Below are positions 8,711-18,261 of a stretch of 64,000 bases of DNA, one piece after another (the first letter of the stretch is position 1; each line of letters begins with the position of its first letter). The position numbers were made by a program, and so were the translations under genes. The notes below the pieces were generated by a model. That model was given only the letters and a program-made list of their open reading frames with translations, was not told the DNA's origin and searched no databases. The stretch is from Pseudomonadota bacterium. Lineage in GTDB: Bacteria > Pseudomonadota > Gammaproteobacteria > Steroidobacterales > Steroidobacteraceae. Where the stretch lies: the NCBI GenBank assembly GCA_023457495.1, contig JAEWLQ010000113.1, positions 19,629 to 83,628 of the forward strand, read 5' to 3'.

Positions 8711-10051
8711 CTACGATGCCCGGTCGAGCACCGCCATGGACTCCACGTGTGTCGTGTGCGGAAACATATCAAGTACACCGGCGGCACGTAAGCGGAAGCC
8801 ATGATCATGGACGAGCACGCCCAGATCCCGCGCCAGCGAGCCGGTATGACAGGAGATATACACCACCCGGCGCGGCGCGATATGTGCCACGGCGCTCAAA
8901 ACCTCACGCGCGCCGACACGCGGAGGGTCTAACAGGACCGCATCGTACCCGCCGCGCAGCCAGGGGATGGTCGCGTCGGGGGGCGCCGACAGGTCGGCGA
9001 CGTGGAATTCGGCATTGGTGACCCCGTTACGCCGGGCATTGCCGCGGGCCCTTTCAATGAGACCGGGTTCACCTTCGACGCCAACTACCGAGGCCGCGTG
9101 CCGCGCCAGCGGCAGCGTGAAGTTGCCCAGGCCGCAGTACAGGTCCAGGACCCGGTCGGTCGGCCGGACCTCGAGTAGTTCGATCGCGCGGGCGACCATG
9201 CCGTGATTGATGGCCGCGTTGACCTGGACGAAGTCCGAGGGCCCGAAGTCGAGCTTGAGACCGAACTCATCCAGGCGGTAATGCAGGTCGACCGGACCCG
9301 GCGTCAGCGGCACGATGGTATCGAGCCCGCCGGGCTGCAGCATGATGCGCAGGCCCTGGGCTCTTTCGAATTCGGCGAGCCGGGCGAGATCGCCTTCGGT
9401 CAGCGGATCGAGGATGCGCATTACGAGCACGCGCTCGCCGTCGGACAGCGATACCTCGATCTGCGGGATGCTCTCGCGCCGCTCCATGCCCGTGAGCAGT
9501 TCGCCGAGCGTGCCGACCAGTGCACCGACCGGCTCCGCGAGCACTTCGCAGCGCTGGACGTCGGCGACGTACTTGCCCTGCTTCTCGCGGAATCCCACGA
9601 GGCTGCGGCCCTTCTTCGACACGAAGCGGGACGACAGGCGCGCGCGGCGGCGATAGCCCCAGACGGGGCCTAACAAAGGCTGCAGCCAGGTTTCGGGCGT
9701 CACCTTGCCGATGCGCTCCAGGTTGGCGGCGAGCTCGTTCTGCTTCGCGGCGATCTGCTTCGCGGGGTCGAGGTGCTGGAGCGCGCAACCGCCACACACA
9801 CCGAAATGCGCGCAGCGCGGTGTGACGCGGTCAGGCGAGGCCTCGAGCACTTCGAGGAGCTCGGCCTCGTCGTGACTCTTGTGGAAGCTGCGACGCCGGA
9901 AGGAAACGCGCTCGCCCGGCAACGCGCCGGCGACGAACACGGTCTTGCCCTGCGTTTCCGCCGCTCGCACCACGCCTTCGGCCTCGTGGGTCAGATCCGC
10001 GACCACGCCCGTTTCTGGCACGGCATTGGCCGCGCGCGACGCGCGGCTCAC
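8711..10051 (-). CDS. rlmD: 23S rRNA (uracil1939-C5)-methyltransferase RlmD
   Basis: TRAM-like N-terminus, Cys cluster CAHFGVCGGCALQH, SAM motif VLDLYCGLGNFTLPLA, C-terminal VVYISCH. The start is placed at in-frame GTG 10051, which forms a GTGA overlap with the upstream stop. The longest ORF would start at 10132. Confidence 0.9.
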   Translation of the reverse strand: MSRASRAANAVPETGVVADLTHEAEGVVRAAETQGKTVFVAGALPGERVSFRRRSFHKSHDEAELLEVLEASPDRVTPRCAHFGVCGGCALQHLDPAKQIAAKQNELAANLERIGKVTPETWLQPLLGPVWGYRRRARLSSRFVSKKGRSLVGFREKQGKYVADVQRCEVLAEPVGALVGTLGELLTGMERRESIPQIEVSLSDGERVLVMRILDPLTEGDLARLAEFERAQGLRIMLQPGGLDTIVPLTPGPVDLHYRLDEFGLKLDFGPSDFVQVNAAINHGMVARAIELLEVRPTDRVLDLYCGLGNFTLPLARHAASVVGVEGEPGLIERARGNARRNGVTNAEFHVADLSAPPDATIPWLRGGYDAVLLDPPRVGAREVLSAVAHIAPRRVVYISCHTGSLARDLGVLVHDHGFRLRAAGVLDMFPHTTHVESMAVLDRAS

Positions 10052-10842
10052 GAGACCGTCTCCTCGCCCGAGGTCGCGGGCCAGGCGGCGAGAAACTCGT
10101 CGAAGTGCGGCAGACGCGCCTCGGTGAGCCACGCCCGCGTACGCGCGAGCTCATCGTCTAGTCCGACATCCGTGAGCCGGCCGCGCATGTGCTGGAAGCG
10201 CAGGAAGACCAGCCAGGTGTTGATGACATCGGTCTCGCAGTAATGGCGGATGCGCGTGAGGTCGCCCGCGCGATACGCGTCCCACACCTGCGATCCGTCG
10301 AAACCGAGTTTGCCCGGGTAACCGAGCAGCACGGCCGCATCCGACAGCGAAGCCCGCGCGCGCGCCTGGTATCCGGACAACACGTCCATCACGTCGATGT
10401 GCCGCCAGTGAAAGCGCCCTAGATAGTTGTTGTAGCGGAATGCGTTGTCCTCGTCGCCGGTTTCCCAGTAGCGAGGCGCCTGCACCCTGTGCCGCAATGC
10501 GCGGTAATGCAGCACGGGCAGGTCGAAGCCGCCGCCATTCCAGCTCACGAGGTCCGGTGAGAATTTCTCGATGCCATCGAAGAACCGCATGACGAGCTCG
10601 CGCTCGGAGGCGGACTCCTCGCCGAGACTCCACACGCGAAATCCCTCGCGCGAGCGGAACGCGCAGGAGATCGCGACGATGCGATGCTGGTCGTGCGGCA
10701 GGAAATCGCTGCCCGATTCCTGCCGCGCGCGCGCCTGCATCGCCTTGCCGACTTCGTCGTCGGAGAGTCCGTCGAGGCCAAACAAACGACGGCCGAATTC
10801 CACGTCCGGCACCGTCTCGATGTCGAAAACCAGTGTGTTCAT
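10048..10842 (-). CDS. DEDD 3'-5' exonuclease, PolB-exonuclease-domain-like
   Basis: 264 aa. ExoI FDIETVPD, ExoII-like SWNGGGFDLPVL, ExoIII-like HYCETDV. There are 4-nt overlaps with acpS upstream and rlmD downstream. Confidence 0.7.
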   Translation of the reverse strand: MNTLVFDIETVPDVEFGRRLFGLDGLSDDEVGKAMQARARQESGSDFLPHDQHRIVAISCAFRSREGFRVWSLGEESASERELVMRFFDGIEKFSPDLVSWNGGGFDLPVLHYRALRHRVQAPRYWETGDEDNAFRYNNYLGRFHWRHIDVMDVLSGYQARARASLSDAAVLLGYPGKLGFDGSQVWDAYRAGDLTRIRHYCETDVINTWLVFLRFQHMRGRLTDVGLDDELARTRAWLTEARLPHFDEFLAAWPATSGEETVS

Positions 10843-11297
10843 CGGCGCACCCGGCGGCGCGTCGCGGAACGCACGTTCTTGCGTCGCGCCCGTTTGCGCG
10901 CGGCGCGTTTCGCCGGTTCGGCGGTCTCGAGCACCGCGACCGCGACGATGAGACCCGCTTCATCGGTGAGCGTCACGTGTCCGCCACCGATGCCGAGCTG
11001 GCGGCGCACCTTCTCGCCGCGCGGTGAATAGACGACCTCGGGCCGGCCCCAGGCGTTCTGCACGACGCCCACGTCACGAATCCAGATGCCATTCGCGAAG
11101 CCCGTTCCCATGGCCTTCACGATGGCTTCCTTGGCCGCGAAACGCATCGCGAGGAACCGTTCGGTCCGCTTCGTCTTGGACATTTGCGCGCGTTCGGCCG
11201 GCATGAGCAGGCGCTCGACGAAATGCTCACCGTATTTGTCGAAAAGCTTCTTCACGCGCGCGGCCTCGAGCACGTCGACGCCGATTCCGAAGATCAT
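10839..11297 (-). CDS. acpS: holo-[acyl-carrier-protein] synthase AcpS with basic C-terminal tail
   Basis: Track ORF 10839..11378 trimmed to Met28 ([15 protein letters not shown]...[13 protein letters not shown]). ATGA overlap with the pdxJ stop. 152 aa, of which the last ~27 are Arg/Lys-rich. Confidence 0.9.
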   Translation of the reverse strand: MIFGIGVDVLEAARVKKLFDKYGEHFVERLLMPAERAQMSKTKRTERFLAMRFAAKEAIVKAMGTGFANGIWIRDVGVVQNAWGRPEVVYSPRGEKVRRQLGIGGGHVTLTDEAGLIVAVAVLETAEPAKRAARKRARRKNVRSATRRRVRR

Positions 11298-12037
11298 CGG
11301 CGCGCATCCTGCATCAGCGCCTTCATGTCGCGCACCGCGGCATCGAGCCCGGTGAAGATCGCGCGCGCGACGATGCAATGGCCGATGTTGAGCTCGACGA
11401 TCTCGGGAATGGCCGCGACGGGCGTCACGTTGTTGTACGTGAGTCCGTGGCCGGCGTGAACCTCGAGGCCAAGCCCCGCGGCGTATTTCGCCGCGCTCGC
11501 GAGCCGCTCGAGTTCGCGCGCCTGCGCGGCGCCGCTCGAGTCGGCATAGTTTCCGGTGTGCAGCTCGATGACGGGCGCGCCGGAGCGTTTCGCGGCATCG
11601 ATCTGCGCCGGGTCCGGGCCGATGAACAACGCGACGCGAATGCCGGCCGCCGCCAGCTCCTTCACGCCCGCAGCCACGCGCTCGAGATCCGCGGCGACGT
11701 CGAGCCCACCCTCGGTGGTGATTTCCTGGCGGCTCTCGGGCACGAGACAGCAGTCATGCGGCCGCACGCCGATCGCGATCCCGATCATTTCGCGGGTGAG
11801 ACCCATCTCGAGGTTCATGCGCGTCTGCAGCAGCGGACGCAGGCTGTGCACGTCGCGATCCTGGATGTGGCGCCGATCCTCGCGCAGGTGCAGCGTGATG
11901 TTGTCCGCGCCGGCCTGTTCCGCCAGCAGGGCCGCATGCACGGGATCCGGGTACGGCGCGCGGCGCGCCTGGCGGACGGTGGCGACGTGATCGATGTTGA
12001 TGCCGAGCGCTATGGGCCCGCCGGATCTGACACTCAA
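11294..12037 (-). CDS. pdxJ: pyridoxine 5'-phosphate synthase PdxJ
   Basis: 247 aa with [15 protein letters not shown] and EVHAGHGL motifs. TTG start overlaps the recO stop. Confidence 0.95.
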   Translation of the reverse strand: MSVRSGGPIALGINIDHVATVRQARRAPYPDPVHAALLAEQAGADNITLHLREDRRHIQDRDVHSLRPLLQTRMNLEMGLTREMIGIAIGVRPHDCCLVPESRQEITTEGGLDVAADLERVAAGVKELAAAGIRVALFIGPDPAQIDAAKRSGAPVIELHTGNYADSSGAAQARELERLASAAKYAAGLGLEVHAGHGLTYNNVTPVAAIPEIVELNIGHCIVARAIFTGLDAAVRDMKALMQDARR

Positions 12038-12738
12038 GTTTGCAACCCTCGCCGTGTCATCGCGCGCGCAACCGTGCGGGTGCGCAACTCACGGCCTTCG
12101 AGACAGTGGTCCAGTGCCTGGCGCAACACGCGCCGCGCGGCGTCGAGCGCCTGCGGGTCGTCGAGCGACTCTTCGCGCAATGCGATGAGACAGCGCCCGG
12201 AATAACTTCCGGGAGCGTCCTCGCGCACTTCGCTCAGTCCCTGCGCCGGTCGATATTGATAATGGATATCCGGCAAAACGTCGATCTCGAGGCCGTAACC
12301 GATAGACTCGAGCAGCCGCTTCTCGAAGACCCGCAGCGCGGGCTCGGGCTGCGAGTCGAGACACAGGCGGGCGACGGTGCGTGCGTAATCCTCGAACAGC
12401 TGCGGCTGCGGATCGTGCCGGGTAGTCAGGTTGATGATGAGTTCGTTGAGGTAGAAGCCGGCCATCACCCGTCCGGGCGGAAGGGTCAGCGCCTCACCAC
12501 CCGGCTCGGCGGCGGACAGCTGCGCGGCATCGCCGCGTCCCGTCCATGAGACCAGCAGCGGGCGGAATGGCATGAGCAGCGACGCGAGCTTCGACTTGGG
12601 TCCGCGCGCGCCGCGCGCGAACAGGGTGAGCCGCCCGTGCCGGGCGGTGAAGACGTCGAGAATCCGGCTGGTGTCGCGATACTCCCGATGGTGCAGCACG
12701 AAGGCCGGCTCGAGCGCGATGCGTTCCCGGGGCTGCAT
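12034..12738 (-). CDS. recO: DNA repair protein RecO
   Basis: Track ORF trimmed to Met15 ([31 protein letters not shown]...). Conserved era-recO-pdxJ order. Confidence 0.9.
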   Translation of the reverse strand: MQPRERIALEPAFVLHHREYRDTSRILDVFTARHGRLTLFARGARGPKSKLASLLMPFRPLLVSWTGRGDAAQLSAAEPGGEALTLPPGRVMAGFYLNELIINLTTRHDPQPQLFEDYARTVARLCLDSQPEPALRVFEKRLLESIGYGLEIDVLPDIHYQYRPAQGLSEVREDAPGSYSGRCLIALREESLDDPQALDAARRVLRQALDHCLEGRELRTRTVARAMTRRGLQT

Positions 12739-12745
12739 GAGGCGA

Positions 12746-13642
12746 CTATTCCATACCGAGTTGCGCGAGCGCCCGCGCATCGTCGGCCCAATCCTCGCGC
12801 ACCTTCACCCAGAGATTGAGGTGCAGCCGGCGTCCGAGCCGCTTGTTGAGCTCCTGGCGCGCCTTCTGGCCCACGCGCTTGAGCCGCTCACCTTTCGCAC
12901 CGATGACGATGGGCTTCTGCCCGGCCCGATCGACCCAGATGACGGCGTCGATGACGAGTTGTTCGCCCTCTTCCTTCTTCTGCTCGATCTCGACGGCGAT
13001 GCCGTAGGGCACCTCCTCGACGAGCTCCATCGTGAGCTTCTCGCGGATGGTCTCGGAGATCTGGAAATCCTCGCCCCGATCGGTGCGCTGCTCGGGCGGG
13101 AACAGCTCGGGGGACTCGGGCAGGCGCGACGCGATGACCTCGACGAGGCGGTCGAGATTCGCGCCTTTCTCCGCCGATACCGGCACGACGTCCAGGAACC
13201 CGTGTAGCGCCGCGAGCTCGGCCACGAACGGCAGTAGTTTGTCCTTGGGATTGACCTTGTCGACCTTGTTCACGACCGCGATCGCGTCGCGGCCGCTGTC
13301 CTTGATGCGCTTCAGCACCGCTTCGTCTTCCTCGCCGAAGCGCAGGGCCTCGACGACGAACACCACGAGATCCGCATCGGCGAGCGCGGCGGCCGCGGTG
13401 CGGTTCATCGCGCGATTGAGCGCGCGCCGTTCGCCGAGATGCAGTCCCGGCGTATCGACGAAGGCGATCTGCATTCCCGGCCGGTTGAGCACGCCGAGCA
13501 CGCGATGCCGGGTGGTTTGCGGCCGCGATGTGACGATCGAGAGTTTTTCGCCGACCAGGGCATTGAGCAGCGTCGACTTGCCGACGTTCGGCCGGCCGAC
13601 GAGTGCCGCGAATCCGGCGCGGAATGGCGCTTCGTTACTCAT
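12746..13642 (-). CDS. era: GTPase Era
   Basis: 298 aa. G1 GRPNVGKSTL, G3 DTPG, NKVD, and a C-terminal KH domain. Confidence 0.96.
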   Translation of the reverse strand: MSNEAPFRAGFAALVGRPNVGKSTLLNALVGEKLSIVTSRPQTTRHRVLGVLNRPGMQIAFVDTPGLHLGERRALNRAMNRTAAAALADADLVVFVVEALRFGEEDEAVLKRIKDSGRDAIAVVNKVDKVNPKDKLLPFVAELAALHGFLDVVPVSAEKGANLDRLVEVIASRLPESPELFPPEQRTDRGEDFQISETIREKLTMELVEEVPYGIAVEIEQKKEEGEQLVIDAVIWVDRAGQKPIVIGAKGERLKRVGQKARQELNKRLGRRLHLNLWVKVREDWADDARALAQLGME

Positions 13643-14336
13643 CGGAGCCCAGCGCGTTCAGCGCCGCCTGCGCCGCGATCTGCTCGGCGCGACGGCGGCT
13701 CGCGCCCTCGCCTTCGGTTTCGAGGCCCGTGTCCGGCAGCACGCACGACACCAGGAACACTTGCGCGTGCGGCTCGCCGCTCGTGCGTTTCACGGTGTAC
13801 ACCGGCAGCGGGCGGCCCTTCGACTGCAGACGTTCCTGCAGCCGGGTCTTCGCGTCCTTGAGCGTCGCGGGCTCTGGCAGGGAAGCGATGCGGGCTTCGA
13901 ACATGGGTCCGATTTTCGCGCGTACGACTTCCAGTCCGCCATCGAGATACAGCGCGCCGCACAGCGCCTCGAAGGCGTCCGCGAGGATCGACTGTCGGCG
14001 GAAGCCGCCGGTCTTGAGCTCGCCCGATCCCAGGTGCAGCAGCTCGCCGAGCTTCATGACCTGCGCGACCTCGGCCAGCGGCTCCTCGCTCACCAGCCGC
14101 GCGCGCAGGCGCGAGAGGTCGCCCTCGCTCGCCGTCGGGAATTCGCGGTACAGGCGCTCGGAAAGCAACAGGTTCAGCACCGAGTCGCCCAGGAACTCCA
14201 GGCGCTCGTTGTTGGGTCCGTCGGCGCTGCGATGCGTGAGCGCGACGACGAACAACGCGCGGTCGCGCGGTTCGTACTCCAGCCGCGCGGCGAGCGCGTC
14301 CACCTGGCTGGCCGGGATCATGCCCATGAGCGCCAT
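13635..14336 (-). CDS. rnc: ribonuclease III
   Basis: Track ORF 13635..14756 trimmed to Met141. RNase III signature NERLEFLGDSVL and a C-terminal dsRBD. It overlaps the era start by 8 nt. Confidence 0.93.
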   Translation of the reverse strand: MALMGMIPASQVDALAARLEYEPRDRALFVVALTHRSADGPNNERLEFLGDSVLNLLLSERLYREFPTASEGDLSRLRARLVSEEPLAEVAQVMKLGELLHLGSGELKTGGFRRQSILADAFEALCGALYLDGGLEVVRAKIGPMFEARIASLPEPATLKDAKTRLQERLQSKGRPLPVYTVKRTSGEPHAQVFLVSCVLPDTGLETEGEGASRRRAEQIAAQAALNALGSDE

Positions 14337-14341
14337 CGCAT

Positions 14342-14704
14342 TCAGTTGATGGTCACCGTCTGGTTGAATGCCATGAGGAGATGCAGGTTGCCGAACAGCG
14401 GGACGGTTTTCTCGTAGTCGGCGGTCATCGTCCAGCCATCGGCGCCGCGCGCGACATCGATATCCTTCGCGGTCGGCTCGTCCACGTACCCCGTGTCGAA
14501 GCGCTTTCCGAGCGCGCCCCGGATCGCCGTCGGCGACAGGGTTTCGTCGCCCTTGAGCTGCGAAGCCGTTTCTTTCATCGCCGTGACCACCTTGAAGTAG
14601 TTCATGTATTCCGGCGCGACCCGGATCGCGGCATACAGTGTGATTGCCATGGGAATCAACAAGAATATCCAACCGATCATCGTCACGCCGCGTTGTCTGC
14701 GCAT
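14342..14704 (-). CDS. DUF4845-like small membrane-anchored protein
   Basis: One N-terminal TM (GVTMIGWIFLLIPMAITLYAAI). Conserved lepB-x-rnc position. Start set at Met17, which has a GGAGG Shine-Dalgarno upstream. An alternative ATG at 14752 overlaps the lepB stop. Confidence 0.65.
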   Translation of the reverse strand: MRRQRGVTMIGWIFLLIPMAITLYAAIRVAPEYMNYFKVVTAMKETASQLKGDETLSPTAIRGALGKRFDTGYVDEPTAKDIDVARGADGWTMTADYEKTVPLFGNLHLLMAFNQTVTIN

Positions 14705-14748
14705 ACGTCCTCCCGAACGCCCGTTGTTTGGTGCAATCGTCGATGTCG

Positions 14749-16098
14749 TCATTCAATGCTCTGGCCGATGCGCCCGGTGTTGACCCACTGGGAGCGCTGC
14801 ATGTCGAAATTGAACCAGATTCGCGTGGCTTTTCCGACCAGATTCGCCTCGGGGACGAAGCCCCACACGCGGCTGTCTTCGCTGTTGTCGCGATTGTCGC
14901 CGATCATCAGGTAGTGCCCCGCGGGCACGACCTGGGGGAAAACGAAGTCACTGCGATCGCGCCAGTCACCCGGCGGCGACTCGCTGCAGATCAGCTCTTC
15001 ATTCCCCAGCGCCATTCTCCGTCGATCGCATTTTGGCAGGCCTTCGAGGCTGGCCCCGTACTGGTAGGCGCGGACCGGGCCCACCGGCGAATGGCATGAG
15101 ATCACCTGGTGCTCGTGCCCACCCAGCCGTTCGGTAGATAGGCGCATGTCGATGTAACAGCCATCGGTGAAGCGGCCCGCTTCGACCTGCGGAATCATCT
15201 CCCCGTTGATGATGAGCTGATCGCCTCGCACCTCGACGCGGTCGCCGGGCAGACCCACGAGACGCTTGATGTAGTTCATGCTCGGATTCGGCGGGTAGCG
15301 GAACACGACGACGTCGCCGCGCTGCGGCGTTCCGACATCGACGAACTTCTCGTTGATCACCGGCCAGCGCAGCCCGTAGGAATACTTGTTGACCACGATG
15401 AAATCGCCGTCGAGCAGCGTTGGCATCATCGAATCCGACGGAATGCGGAATGGTTCGAAGATGAACGCCCGGACCAGCAGCACGATGAATGCGACCGGAA
15501 AAAAGCTGCGCGCATAGTCGACGGTGCCCGGTTCGGGCAGCGCGACCGGCGCCGGCTTGGCCGCCGCGGCGGCCGCTTCGCGCGGCTTTCGGAACACGAA
15601 GTGGTCGATCGCCCAGACGATGCCGGTCGCGACCGACAGCACCAGCAGCACGAGGCTGAAGTCGAGCGTCTCCGCGGTGATCATGCGCACGATGACCGCG
15701 ATGACGAGCACCGGCAGCACTGCATAGGCGGCACGCAGCAGCGGCGGATCCGGGACCCTCGCGGAGCCCGCGGCAATGGCGCGGCGCGGCGCGAACAGCC
15801 AGCTGTCCAGGGCGCACCACACGCCGACTGGCGCCGCGAGCCAGCTCAGCGGCACCGCAAGTTCCTTGACCCAGCCGAACACCTTGGGCGCTCCGATGAA
15901 CAGCACCGCGCCGATGATCACGAAGGGCAGCAGTTTGTGCGCGATCTGCACGTAGCGCGGCCCGGGCTCGGGCACCCCCTCCGCGGTCACGGGCCGCTTC
16001 GGGCCGAGCACGAATTGGTCGTAGATACAGACGAGGACCACCGGAACCGCCAGCACCGCGAGGAGAAGGATCAGCAGGTCGAGCAGTTGTTTGATCAT
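14749..16098 (-). CDS. lepB: signal peptidase I LepB (long N-terminal polytopic extension)
   Basis: 449 aa. Catalytic Ser box IPSDSMMPTL, Lys box YIKRLVGLPGDRV and GDNRDNSEDSR. About 190 extra N-terminal residues with several hydrophobic helices. Confidence 0.92.
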   Translation of the reverse strand: MIKQLLDLLILLLAVLAVPVVLVCIYDQFVLGPKRPVTAEGVPEPGPRYVQIAHKLLPFVIIGAVLFIGAPKVFGWVKELAVPLSWLAAPVGVWCALDSWLFAPRRAIAAGSARVPDPPLLRAAYAVLPVLVIAVIVRMITAETLDFSLVLLVLSVATGIVWAIDHFVFRKPREAAAAAAKPAPVALPEPGTVDYARSFFPVAFIVLLVRAFIFEPFRIPSDSMMPTLLDGDFIVVNKYSYGLRWPVINEKFVDVGTPQRGDVVVFRYPPNPSMNYIKRLVGLPGDRVEVRGDQLIINGEMIPQVEAGRFTDGCYIDMRLSTERLGGHEHQVISCHSPVGPVRAYQYGASLEGLPKCDRRRMALGNEELICSESPPGDWRDRSDFVFPQVVPAGHYLMIGDNRDNSEDSRVWGFVPEANLVGKATRIWFNFDMQRSQWVNTGRIGQSIE

Positions 16099-16119
16099 CT
16101 TTCTTGCCTGGTTTCCGGC

Positions 16120-17916
16120 CTACTTCTTTCCCACCTTGAGCACGGCGAGGAACGCTTCCTGCGGGATCTCCACCTGGCCGATGTTCTTCATGCGCTTCTT
16201 GCCTTCTTTCTGCTTCTCCAGCAGCTTTTTCTTGCGCGAGATGTCGCCACCGTAACACTTGGCGAGCACGTTCTTGCGCAGGGCCTTCACGGTCGCGCGG
16301 GCGATGATATGACTGCCGATGGCCGCCTGCACCGCGACCTCGAACATCTGGCGCGGAATCAGCTCCTGCATCTTGTCGACGAGCTGGCGGCCGCGCTCGT
16401 AGGCCGAATCCTTGTGGACGATGATGGACAGCGCGTCCACCTTGTCGCCGTTGATGAGCACGTCGAGCTTCACCAGCGGCGCGGTCTGGAAATGACTGAA
16501 GTCGTAGTCGAACGACGCGTAGCCGCGGCTCGTCGACTTGAGGCGGTCGAAGAAATCGAGCACCACCTCGGCGAGCGGCAGTTCGTACTGCAGCGACACC
16601 TGGGTGCCCAGGTACAGCATCTTCTTCTGCACGCCGCGCTTGTCCGCGCACAGCTGCAGCACACCGCCCACGTGATCCGGCGGCACCAGGATGTTGGCGA
16701 GGATGATGGGCTCGCGCAGTTCCCCGATCTTGTCCACCGGCGGTAGTTTGGCCGGGTTGTCCACGTTCAGCGTCTCGCCATCCGTGGTCGTGACCTCGTA
16801 CACCACCGTGGGCGCCGAGGTGACCAGGTCCATCTCGTATTCGCGTTCGAGGCGCTCCTGCACGATCTCCATGTGCAGCAGGCCCAGGAATCCCACGCGG
16901 AAACCGAAGCCCAGCGCGCCGGAGACTTCCGGCTCGTAGTGCAGCGCGGAATCGTTGAGGCGCAACTTGCTCAGCGCGTCGCGGAACTTGTCGTAGTCGT
17001 CTGAGGCGATCGGAAACATGCCGGCGAACACGCGCGGCTTGACCTGCTTGAAGCCCGGCAACGGCTCGGCGGCCTGCTGACGTTCCAGCGTGATGGTATC
17101 GCCCACGGGCGCGCCGTCGATTTCCTTGATGCCGCCGATCACGAAACCCACATCGCCGGGGCCAAGTTCCTTGGCCGGCACGGATTTCGGCGTGAAGCGG
17201 CCGACCTTGTCGACCAGGTGCGCACGGCCCGTGGACATCACGCGCATCTTGTCGCCGGCCTTGATGGTGCCGTTGACGATACGCACCAGCGTGACGACGC
17301 CCACGTAGTTGTCGAACCAGGAGTCCACGATCAGCGCCTGCAAGGGCGCGGCCGGATCACCTTTCGGGGCAGGAATGCGCTCGATGAGGCGTTCGATCAG
17401 TTCCTCGACGCCCTCGCCCGTCTTGCCGGACACCTGGAGCGCATCGTCGGCGGGAATGCCGATGACCGCTTCGATCTCCTTGGTGACACGGGCGGGATCC
17501 GCCGATGGAAGGTCGATCTTGTTGATGACCGGCACGACCTCGAGGCCGAGCTCCGTGGCCGTGTAGCAATTGGCGACGCTTTGCGCCTCGACGCCCTGCG
17601 TCGCATCGACGACGAGCAGCGCCCCATCGCAGGCCGCCAGGGAGCGCGAGACTTCATACGAGAAGTCGACGTGCCCCGGGGTATCGATCAGGTTGAGCTG
17701 GTAACGCTCGCCGTCGCGCTGCGAGGTGTAATAAAGAGTGACCGATTGGGCCTTGATCGTGATGCCCCGCTCCCGCTCCAGCGCGAGCGAATCGAGGACC
17801 TGCTCCTGCATTTCGCGGGCGGCGAGACCGCCGCAAATCTGGATGAACCGGTCCGCCAGGGTGGACTTGCCGTGGTCGACGTGGGCAATGATCGAAAAGT
17901 TGCGTATGCGTTGCAT
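16120..17916 (-). CDS. lepA: elongation factor 4 (LepA)
   Basis: 598 aa with [23 protein letters not shown] and the LepA C-terminal domain. Confidence 0.97.
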   Translation of the reverse strand: MQRIRNFSIIAHVDHGKSTLADRFIQICGGLAAREMQEQVLDSLALERERGITIKAQSVTLYYTSQRDGERYQLNLIDTPGHVDFSYEVSRSLAACDGALLVVDATQGVEAQSVANCYTATELGLEVVPVINKIDLPSADPARVTKEIEAVIGIPADDALQVSGKTGEGVEELIERLIERIPAPKGDPAAPLQALIVDSWFDNYVGVVTLVRIVNGTIKAGDKMRVMSTGRAHLVDKVGRFTPKSVPAKELGPGDVGFVIGGIKEIDGAPVGDTITLERQQAAEPLPGFKQVKPRVFAGMFPIASDDYDKFRDALSKLRLNDSALHYEPEVSGALGFGFRVGFLGLLHMEIVQERLEREYEMDLVTSAPTVVYEVTTTDGETLNVDNPAKLPPVDKIGELREPIILANILVPPDHVGGVLQLCADKRGVQKKMLYLGTQVSLQYELPLAEVVLDFFDRLKSTSRGYASFDYDFSHFQTAPLVKLDVLINGDKVDALSIIVHKDSAYERGRQLVDKMQELIPRQMFEVAVQAAIGSHIIARATVKALRKNVLAKCYGGDISRKKKLLEKQKEGKKRMKNIGQVEIPQEAFLAVLKVGKK

Positions 17917-17991
17917 CGAGGCTCGAGGTCGGCCTGCCGCCGTCGGGACCGCAGGTGTGCGACCCGATGCGCCGGCAAAATGAGCGCGCGA

Positions 17992-18261
17992 TTATAGCTT
18001 CAGGATGCGCAAAAGTTCGTTGGAATTCAGCGTGTAATGGCAAATCACGCTGCCATCGAGCAGCAATACCGGCACTTTGAGCCCATAGCGGCGGACGAGC
18101 TCCGGATCGCCATCCACATCCACGACCTTGATCGGCGGGAGGGCATGTGCGCGATCCAGCTCCGCGAGTTCGTGGAGCATGTCGTCGCACAGGCCACAAC
18201 CTTCGCGGCTGACGACGACGAGGCCCGGCGGCAGGAAGTGAGTCTCGTCCGGCGGAATCAC
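17992..18261 (-). CDS. glutaredoxin-like (thioredoxin-fold, CxxC) small protein
   Basis: 89 aa with a CGLC motif followed by a beta-alpha-beta pattern. GTG start forms a GTGA overlap with the rseB stop. Confidence 0.65.
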   Translation of the reverse strand: MIPPDETHFLPPGLVVVSREGCGLCDDMLHELAELDRAHALPPIKVVDVDGDPELVRRYGLKVPVLLLDGSVICHYTLNSNELLRILKL

